Of a DNA stretch of 64,000 nt, positions 57,081 to 64,000 are shown piece by piece (the first letter of the stretch is position 1; every line of letters begins with the position of its first letter). The DNA is taken from the IMG/VR virus record IMGVR_UViG_3300021093_000054, positions 1 to 64,000 of that record; one strand, 5' to 3'. A program made the position numbers and the translations under genes. The notes under the pieces were generated by a model that was given only the letters and a program-made list of their open reading frames with translations, was not told the DNA's origin and made no database searches. The DNA comes from a virus.

Positions 57081-57944
57081 TTATTTTTTAAGCTTATTAA
57101 GCATTGGTCTTATATTCATATTAAGTATAGTATTTATTGTGGATTTATCAACTCTGTATTCAACATATTCACGGTCTTCTGTTAATCTAACAATAATGCA
57201 ACCAAATAATTTTATATTTTCGTATTTTGAACCTTCAAGCATTTTAAGAAGTAATTTACCATATAATGGAAGTTGTGTTTTATAGTGACCTAAAGCATTA
57301 TTTGGTAAGTATTCAAATGGTGATCTCATAGGTTTAATGTACTTTTGGACTATGAAGTTTTTTTCCTGGTTTGTTTTCCAGTCTGTGATTAATAATCCTA
57401 TCTCACCACTTGTTCCGACCACTAACCAAACCTTATCTGGTTGTCCGGTATAACCAAGTTCTGGATGTCCCAAAACAATTTCAGTATCAATTAAAACACA
57501 ACCCCTCTGTTTTAATAATTCAACATAGTTTTTTCCAGCAACAATCATTGTGTCACTTATAACAATTTGTTCTGCGTCACACTCAAATATTGGTTGTCTT
57601 AATTGTTTATTAACCTGGAACACTTTTAGGGTGTGGTCTTCTAAAAAATAATGAACTCTGGACCCCATATTTGTTGATCTTGTTCCTTTTTCCGCCCATT
57701 CAGCAAGTAGTTTTTCTGTTTCATCTGGGTCACCACCAGACATTTCAAAAGCTTTTTTTTCTGATGGAAACTCATCATAAAAAAGTTTCATTACCTTTGA
57801 TACTGAAGGAAAATTAGAGTGTAATTTACCATCCAAATCAAGCATTGTGTATTTGTGTGTATCTTCTTCAAAAGTTAATTGTACCTCTTTTCGTCTTTTG
57901 GATAAGATATCTCTTATTTCTTGTGCTACTTTATATAAATCCAT
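57081..57944 (-). CDS. PD-(D/E)XK exonuclease
   Basis: F.E..H.Y, PSVS, G..VH, E, GQPD, DWKT, Y..QL.LY. Confidence 0.8.
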   Translation of the reverse strand: MDLYKVAQEIRDILSKRRKEVQLTFEEDTHKYTMLDLDGKLHSNFPSVSKVMKLFYDEFPSEKKAFEMSGGDPDETEKLLAEWAEKGTRSTNMGSRVHYFLEDHTLKVFQVNKQLRQPIFECDAEQIVISDTMIVAGKNYVELLKQRGCVLIDTEIVLGHPELGYTGQPDKVWLVVGTSGEIGLLITDWKTNQEKNFIVQKYIKPMRSPFEYLPNNALGHYKTQLPLYGKLLLKMLEGSKYENIKLFGCIIVRLTEDREYVEYRVDKSTINTILNMNIRPMLNKLKK

Positions 57945-58846
57945 TAATCTCTTATTTCATAATAATATTCGTTTATTTGTCCTTTTAAATCACAGACATC
58001 TCTATCGTTTGGAAGTTTTACAATTTTAACTTTACCCCACAATTCTCCACCATTTAATTCGTGATATAATCTTACGGCATTTTCCCAGGCATCACCATCC
58101 AAACAAATTATAACATTTCCTTTTGCATTATTGTAGATTGTTTCAAAAAGAAGTTCTGACATATGTTTTCCAAGCATAACAACTGGATTATCCAAAAACA
58201 TTCCATCAAATGCACCTTCAACAAGATATATGTCTTTATTCCAATCAATAAGATTTTCCCAAAATATTATTTGGTCTTTTTCGGCTTCGGGATTTCTATA
58301 TTTAGCTCTACTATTTGGGTCCCAACTTCTTCCAACATAATAATTTAGTTCGCCTTTTTTATTATATGATGGTATAACTATTCTACCCATATGACTTCCT
58401 TTGTCACAAAAACCAATACCAAATCTTTCGATTATTTCATCGGTTATTCCACGACTTTTTAAATAGTTGTATGCTTGTTTTCTTACGGGATATATTGGAT
58501 GTGAGTCTTTGAATAGGGTAAAGTTTTCTGGAAGAACTACTTTTGGTTTTTTTACCTTTACAACTTTTTCATTTTCTTCTGGTCTTAAAATTAAATAAAG
58601 TTTTTTTAATTTTTTATTACCAAATTTATCAAAAAGTTTTCCTAAATTTCCGTGTGTTCCTTCGCTATCACCACAGGCCCAACATTTATAAACACCATCA
58701 AAGTAATTTACTTCAAGGTTATGTTTGTTTCTTTCGTCATCACATACTGGACAATTAAAAGAAATTTGACCACGATTCGGATAGTGTAATCCGTGGTCGC
58801 CTAAAACTTCTTCTAATAATTCTACGATTGCTTCTTGTTCATCCAT
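57944..58846 (-). CDS. dnaG: DnaG-type DNA primase
   Basis: Zn finger CPVC...CWAC, YLKSRGI, RIVIP, TOPRIM VEGAFD and LDGD. Confidence 0.88.
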   Translation of the reverse strand: MDEQEAIVELLEEVLGDHGLHYPNRGQISFNCPVCDDERNKHNLEVNYFDGVYKCWACGDSEGTHGNLGKLFDKFGNKKLKKLYLILRPEENEKVVKVKKPKVVLPENFTLFKDSHPIYPVRKQAYNYLKSRGITDEIIERFGIGFCDKGSHMGRIVIPSYNKKGELNYYVGRSWDPNSRAKYRNPEAEKDQIIFWENLIDWNKDIYLVEGAFDGMFLDNPVVMLGKHMSELLFETIYNNAKGNVIICLDGDAWENAVRLYHELNGGELWGKVKIVKLPNDRDVCDLKGQINEYYYEIRD

Positions 58847-58874
58847 TCACTATAATATAAGTGAATTTTTTAAC

Positions 58875-59399
58875 TTAATCAAATATTAATTTTTTTCCGT
58901 TTCTTTTTGATTCATATAAATCGGAAACGTTGATATAATGTTTTAGAAATCTTTTTTCTTCAATTGAATTTGCATCGATTTTAATATTTTCATCTTTGTG
59001 TTCACATTTTGAAACCTGGATTGTGGACCAAATCCATAAATTTTCATATAACCAGGTATTAACCATATAATCATAATCCCAATTATTTTTTTCACATTCT
59101 TTATGAATATGTCTGCCAATTTCTACAGTACCAATTACGTGATCACCCAACTTTTCCCTTTTTTCAATTGATTTTTCGGTTCTAATTGCAAGACTAAGAC
59201 CACTTTGTGTCCCAATACCCATATAACCTAAACCACGATATGAATCAAGTTTCAAATCAGCTTCTGGTGTGTTTAAATTTATTGCATTTTTTAAATCTAT
59301 TAGTTTTCTGTAGAAATACCTTTGGTATTTTTCTTTGTTTTCATTCCAATAGTGGTCTCTTCTAAATTCATTGAAATATTTTTTTACGTCTATACCCAT
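58875..59399 (-). CDS. Hypothetical protein
   Basis: ORF with TATATTTG upstream (59420-59427). Confidence 0.65.
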   Translation of the reverse strand: MGIDVKKYFNEFRRDHYWNENKEKYQRYFYRKLIDLKNAINLNTPEADLKLDSYRGLGYMGIGTQSGLSLAIRTEKSIEKREKLGDHVIGTVEIGRHIHKECEKNNWDYDYMVNTWLYENLWIWSTIQVSKCEHKDENIKIDANSIEEKRFLKHYINVSDLYESKRNGKKLIFD

Positions 59400-59486
59400 A
59401 TTCGAATTATATTATTCTACAAATATAAGTAAAATATTTTAATTATACAACTTCACAAGATTTTTTGATTATCTATATTTATTTAT

Positions 59487-59708
59487 ATGCCAATAGACAT
59501 AACAATTAACGATATTTCTGGACAAACACCTTTTGATATATATGTATGTAACACAGGACAAACTTATTGTGTGTATTCGGCAACAATAAATTCTGGTGAC
59601 TTACCTTACACGTTTGAGGTTCCAATACCATTTATAAATTCTGAAGGTGTTAATTTAAGAATTGTTGATGATAATGATTGTCAGATAAATGAAATACTTC
59701 TAATATAA
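59487..59708 (+). CDS. Small Cys-containing structural protein
   Basis: TATTTAT upstream; translationally coupled to the next gene. Confidence 0.7.
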   Translation: MPIDITINDISGQTPFDIYVCNTGQTYCVYSATINSGDLPYTFEVPIPFINSEGVNLRIVDDNDCQINEILLI

Positions 59709-61873
59709 TGGCTTGTATTGAAAATAATTTTTGTATAAATTCTGGTGGTAATTTATTTGATGGACAATATACCACAGATAGTAATACTTATAATGGTTTT
59801 ACATCATATACAGGTGATAGTGTACCATTTTTTATTTATTATTCATTAACAGAAGATAGATGGTGTTTATCAACAAGTTTTGGTGGTAGTTGTTTACAAT
59901 TTGGTCCAGTCGGTGTTGGGAGTGATTGTCCTGATTTTGACGAAAGTTTTTTTATTACCGGTGTCTGTATTACAACAACTACAACAACATCACCTTGTGA
60001 TGTTTTTAATTTTGAAGCTATTTTTGATTGTTTGGTTCCAACAACTACAACAACAACTAAGTTACCACCAACAACCACAACAACGACAACAATTCCTTTT
60101 GATCCTTGTACTGGTGTTTCGGTTAGTGCATCAATTACTGCTTATACAACTACAACTACCACAATTCCAGTAACTACAACCACAACAACAGGAGTTATCA
60201 GGCCTTGTAATTTTGATGGCATTGTTACTTTCAATACGTTTGACGAATATATGAGATGTGGTAATAGTAAGAAATTTAAAGATTGTTTAACTGGGTTTGA
60301 ATATTTTTCAAATGGATTAATCTTCAATGAATCTGGTGACACTTTGATTCAAAATTGGGTTTATAAATCAACAATTAATGGTATTTCTACTTGTGTTTCG
60401 TTTTTAGGTCTTGTCGATAACATTAGTGGTTCAGATTTAGTTGTGATTAATGAAACATTGGGTTCTGAATTTCAAGGTGCTTGTTTAGAATGTGTACCAG
60501 ATTCTACGACAACAACAACGACCAAAGGACCTGCTGACTACTTTGTTGAGTGTGGTGATGGTTTTTGTCCTTTCGGTAATGTAAATTTTGGCCCTAGAGA
60601 CAATCTTTCAACACTATTCAATTCTTGGAATAGATTTGCTCTTTTTGCCCCAAATAAATATCCTGGTTTATCCACATTAACTGGATTACAATCTAATGGT
60701 ATTCTTATAACTAATGATCCATCTTATTATTTTTGGACTGGTAGTACCAATTATTTGGGGGCATTTAATCTTGTAATGACAGAAGGTGAAAATGTTGGTC
60801 CAGTAGCTTCAGATTTTAGTAATGTTGATAAGTTTTATTATAACACGTATATTAATAAAATGATTTTTTCTTACGATGTTGGTGGAAGTAGTACATATCG
60901 ATGGTCTACGTTTGACCCAACAGCCAATGTAAGTACCGCTTTAGGTAACCCAACAACAACACAATATTTAACAACTTCATCAAATTGGAAAATATCTGGC
61001 TTAACAAGTGTCCAATATACTGTCAGTGGAACTAGTAATACCGTTGTGTTAGCACAACAAAAAATACTTGATGCTGGTGGTACTCCTGAAATGATTCAAT
61101 GTGTTCAAAATAGTGCTTTTGGAAATGGATTTTATAGTAATTGTGAATACACTAATTATGTACACGAAGTTACTTTAGGTAGTACTGATAATGATAATGA
61201 TAAGATTGGTATTGTTTTAGCAGCTAAAAAAGGTTTAGGTAACAATCCTAAGGTTACTGATATGTTATCTTTAATCTTTAATGGTACAAATAATCGTGTT
61301 AATGTTGATTATAATCCATACCAAGATGTTTATGCGTTTAACAATAATATGGGTTTAACAAGTGTTACGATAATGACTGGAGCAACAAATCCATTTGGTG
61401 CTGGTAATTATAACGTTAAGGGTCAAGTCAGAATTAAAATTATTAAAACAAATACTACTATTAGTATATATACAACACAACGTATGGGTCCATTAGGTAT
61501 TGTACAGTCTGGAAATCCAAATCCATACACTCTGTTATATCAATTTGACTTAACAGATAAAACTACTTGGAATGCAGCACCTAATTATGCTTTGGGTAAT
61601 GAACTTTTGAAATTCACAGGTGGGACAAGTTTTGGTTATCTGACAACATCACAACGTAAAAGTCAATTTTATGACATTTTATTTTCGAGCACACAACAAC
61701 CTTCTGGTATTTTATATAGTAAAACAGTTTCGAATCCTATTTTAGGTAAAGTTTATTCATTTATTGATGTTGATGGTTGTTTCATATATAGTGGCAGTAC
61801 GTTTAATTTTTCAAATTCTGATTTGGTTGATTTAACGATTGAAACTGTTAATAATAGTTGTCAAGATTGTTAA
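59708..61873 (+). CDS. Cys-rich, poly-Thr-linker structural protein with possible C-terminal lectin-like beta-sandwich
   Basis: Multiple TTTTTT linkers and Cys modules; DNDNDKIGIV segment. Confidence 0.7.
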   Translation: MACIENNFCINSGGNLFDGQYTTDSNTYNGFTSYTGDSVPFFIYYSLTEDRWCLSTSFGGSCLQFGPVGVGSDCPDFDESFFITGVCITTTTTTSPCDVFNFEAIFDCLVPTTTTTTKLPPTTTTTTTIPFDPCTGVSVSASITAYTTTTTTIPVTTTTTTGVIRPCNFDGIVTFNTFDEYMRCGNSKKFKDCLTGFEYFSNGLIFNESGDTLIQNWVYKSTINGISTCVSFLGLVDNISGSDLVVINETLGSEFQGACLECVPDSTTTTTTKGPADYFVECGDGFCPFGNVNFGPRDNLSTLFNSWNRFALFAPNKYPGLSTLTGLQSNGILITNDPSYYFWTGSTNYLGAFNLVMTEGENVGPVASDFSNVDKFYYNTYINKMIFSYDVGGSSTYRWSTFDPTANVSTALGNPTTTQYLTTSSNWKISGLTSVQYTVSGTSNTVVLAQQKILDAGGTPEMIQCVQNSAFGNGFYSNCEYTNYVHEVTLGSTDNDNDKIGIVLAAKKGLGNNPKVTDMLSLIFNGTNNRVNVDYNPYQDVYAFNNNMGLTSVTIMTGATNPFGAGNYNVKGQVRIKIIKTNTTISIYTTQRMGPLGIVQSGNPNPYTLLYQFDLTDKTTWNAAPNYALGNELLKFTGGTSFGYLTTSQRKSQFYDILFSSTQQPSGILYSKTVSNPILGKVYSFIDVDGCFIYSGSTFNFSNSDLVDLTIETVNNSCQDC

Positions 61874-61888
61874 AATCACATTAAAAAA

Positions 61889-61940
61889 AAATATCGTCTA
61901 AAAAGACGATATTTAAAATTATCATTATTTTAGACGATAT
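61889..61940. terminator. Hairpin between convergent genes, with an alternative second arm
   Basis: aaatatcgtct/agacgatattt; the left arm can also pair with ttttagacgatat (61928-61940). Confidence 0.55.
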
Positions 61941-62257
61941 TATCTTCTTCTTCTAAGATATCTTGATTCCGTAATTTGTTCTGATTCCATACTATCTTGA
62001 CCCCAATTTTGGTTTGGTCTTTCACTTGCAACACCCATATCGTTTTTTTCACTTCTAATTGCAAATTCCAATTCTTTTAAGTCAGACATTATTTCATCTG
62101 GTGTTCTCGCACCCAATGTACCACCTCTTTCTTCTAAGAAACTTCTTACAAAGTCCATAGCACTTCTTTGTTCCATTTTTTCATCTTCAATTTCAAAAAT
62201 GGTTCTTTTGATTATTCTTGATAAGTCTCTTTCTGTTAATCTGACTATTTTTTTCAT
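61940..62257 (-). CDS. Leader-family protein MKKIVRLTERDL
   Basis: Shared leader and upstream TATTTAT. Confidence 0.7.
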   Translation of the reverse strand: MKKIVRLTERDLSRIIKRTIFEIEDEKMEQRSAMDFVRSFLEERGGTLGARTPDEIMSDLKELEFAIRSEKNDMGVASERPNQNWGQDSMESEQITESRYLRRRR

Positions 62258-62300
62258 ATCTTTTTTTATTATAAATATATAGATATTCTAAAAAAATAAT

Positions 62301-62909
62301 TTACTTCCAAATTTCCTTTGAATTCATATACCCTAATACACAGGTGTAGGCATCTGTCTGGTCAAAATTTTCTTTTTTGAGTGTGTTATTTTTAGTATAA
62401 CCCCAGGTTATTTGTGGTTCACGTTTTGCAACTTTTTCCCAGATTAACATTTTTTTATCAATGTCTTTTGGTAATCCACCAAATAAAACGTATTTACCTT
62501 TATCATTTTCTTTAACCAACTCTGGCCAAGCATATTTTCTTGCGTTATACGTTGAAATAAATTCTGGAACAATTCCTAAAATATCATAAACTTCTTTACA
62601 AATAAAACTATTAAATCTTAGTAGAGTTTGTATTGTATAGATATTATTTGAATTTAATAATGGTTCTTCAATTATTACTTTAACAATCCCTAAATTAACA
62701 TATTGTTTTAGTTTTTCAGCAAAAATTTCTGATTTAAAAATTAACTCTTTTACTTTATCATCATTACCTTTTTCCATTTTTGGTCTTGGTGAAATATGTG
62801 TAAGTTCTAAAAGTTCTCTTCCTTGAATGTCAAATAAAGCCCAACCAATTGTTTTAGTTGATATGTCTAAACCTAAGACTTTTGGTGAATTTTTAATTTG
62901 TTTTCCCAT
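62301..62909 (-). CDS. RuvC-like Holliday junction resolvase
   Basis: VLGLDISTKTIG, IIEEP, DQTDA. Confidence 0.8.
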   Translation of the reverse strand: MGKQIKNSPKVLGLDISTKTIGWALFDIQGRELLELTHISPRPKMEKGNDDKVKELIFKSEIFAEKLKQYVNLGIVKVIIEEPLLNSNNIYTIQTLLRFNSFICKEVYDILGIVPEFISTYNARKYAWPELVKENDKGKYVLFGGLPKDIDKKMLIWEKVAKREPQITWGYTKNNTLKKENFDQTDAYTCVLGYMNSKEIWK

Positions 62910-62958
62910 AAATAATATTTTATTAAGATAATAACTTAAAAGGAATAAAACTAAATAA

Positions 62959-64000
62959 TTAGATGTCTATCTTAACTACGTATTGTTGGATACCTTGTCT
63001 TAAAGTCGGTGATTGTAATTTAGACATAACAAGAATATCTTTATTGTCATCAAGTAGCGCAATTTCAGTGACATACGATTTTGTACCTAGTGTCCAGCTT
63101 GGATTTGTTGAAACTTGGAATTCACTTGAACTTAGATTTATTTTATATTTCATTTCATAAATTGTTGCTTGAATATCTGTTTCGAAAGACCCATAAAAAT
63201 AGTATTCATCACCAAAATTTAATGATTGTCCGGTATAGCCAATCGGTGTTAAACTAATATAATCATCCAAGTTGTAATATGGTGCTGAATCATAGTTATC
63301 TGGAGAAATAATAAATGTTGTCCCAGTTAACGAACTTTGAGTTATAAAACCATCTATGAAACTATTTTGGATTTGTGTTGTAAAATCTATTTTTTTCCAC
63401 ATTGCCGGATTGGGTCTTTGGCCTGTTTGTACTTTTTGAACGAGGATTTCAAATTCATCACCAAAAAATCCATTGGGTGTAATACAGGGTTCACAATTTG
63501 GTAAATAATTTGTTGTTGTAGTTGTTGTCATTGGAAATATAGTTGTGGTTGTTGTTAAACATCCACCACATTCATCAACCAAATCAATAATCAAATCACC
63601 AGTTGATTGAATACCAGTAGTTGAACAAACTACAGTTCCAGTGTTTCCTGGTAATGTAAGTGGTGATGTTTTTGTTTCATCACAACAAGGTGTAAAAATA
63701 ATTTTTGTACTTCCAGTTAATTCTGTGTTAGTAATTTGATATCTACCACAAAATGGATTAGTTGTTGTTGTGGTTGTTGAACATCCACCACATTCATCAA
63801 CCAAATCAATAATCAAATCACCAGTTGATTGAATACCAGTAGTTGAACAAACTACAGTTCCAGTGTTTCCTGGTAATGTAAGTGGTGATGTTTTTGTTTC
63901 ATCACAACAAGGTGTAAAAATAATTTTTGTACTTCCAGTTAATTCTGTGTTAGTAATTTGATATCTACCACAAAATGGATTAGTTGTTGTTGTGGTTGTA
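62959..64000 (-). CDS. Structural (tail/baseplate-like) protein, C-terminal part; starts beyond the window
   Basis: Frame open to the window edge; C-terminal TNPSW...YVTEIALLD...MSKL..P motif; Cys/Thr repeat modules. Confidence 0.7.
   Translation of the reverse strand, partial: TTTTTTNPFCGRYQITNTELTGSTKIIFTPCCDETKTSPLTLPGNTGTVVCSTTGIQSTGDLIIDLVDECGGCSTTTTTTNPFCGRYQITNTELTGSTKIIFTPCCDETKTSPLTLPGNTGTVVCSTTGIQSTGDLIIDLVDECGGCLTTTTTIFPMTTTTTTNYLPNCEPCITPNGFFGDEFEILVQKVQTGQRPNPAMWKKIDFTTQIQNSFIDGFITQSSLTGTTFIISPDNYDSAPYYNLDDYISLTPIGYTGQSLNFGDEYYFYGSFETDIQATIYEMKYKINLSSSEFQVSTNPSWTLGTKSYVTEIALLDDNKDILVMSKLQSPTLRQGIQQYVVKIDI
63558..63999. repeat. Exact tandem duplication with 222-bp (74-codon) period
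   Basis: 63558-63777 is identical to 63780-63999. Confidence 0.95.

Noticed and set aside
57081-57944. PD-(D/E)XK nuclease as a Cas4 serving the array
   Set aside because: Lacks the four-Cys Fe-S pattern of Cas4, lies 6 kb away and is coupled to the primase
342-63160. Many short ORF-track entries antisense or out of frame within longer genes (e.g. 342-575, 15295-15726, 15383-15964, 23740-24183, 34938-35360, 43607-44041, 49826-50074, 51730-52131)
   Set aside because: Shadows of well-supported genes, with biased composition and no motifs
63558-63999. Diversity-generating retroelement TR/VR pair
   Set aside because: Copies are adjacent, in frame and identical, with no adenine-specific mismatches; no reverse transcriptase in the window
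1-64000. Stop-codon reassignment, tRNA or rRNA genes
   Set aside because: Conserved genes are full length in the standard code and TAA, TAG and TGA all end genes; no tRNA or rRNA recognised by eye

Overview
AT-rich, densely coding 64-kb segment of a large (jumbo-type) dsDNA phage, standard genetic code, mostly minus-strand. The host is most likely Bacteroidota (many TAnnTTTG promoters, an Hc1-like histone protein, a Bacteroidota-style CRISPR repeat). It carries DNA metabolism and repair genes (thyA, umuC/umuD, uvrC, SbcC/SbcD-like, primase, PD-(D/E)XK nuclease, RuvC-like resolvase, two C5 methyltransferases), two sigma factors, RNA-repair enzymes, type II glutamine synthetase, DnaJ/Trx/Grx, candidate lysis genes and structural proteins. 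The standout locus is 49446-51049: a catalytically intact 392-aa TnpB with no transposase, then a 107-bp structured region containing an anti-repeat, then a 5-repeat/4-spacer CRISPR array (36-bp repeats, 29-30-bp spacers), all co-oriented. This looks like a minimal phage-encoded TnpB-CRISPR (nascent type V) system. Other candidates: a structured RNA with ~7-nt periodic UYAA repeats directly after a DIP1984-like gene; an ORF-less promoter-driven three-way-junction RNA; unrelated proteins (including an ECF sigma factor) that share an N-terminal (I/L)xE leader and a TATTTAT upstream motif; a degenerate MetK-like protein; and a UmuD lacking its catalytic Ser. All family assignments come from reading motifs by eye; no database searches were run.
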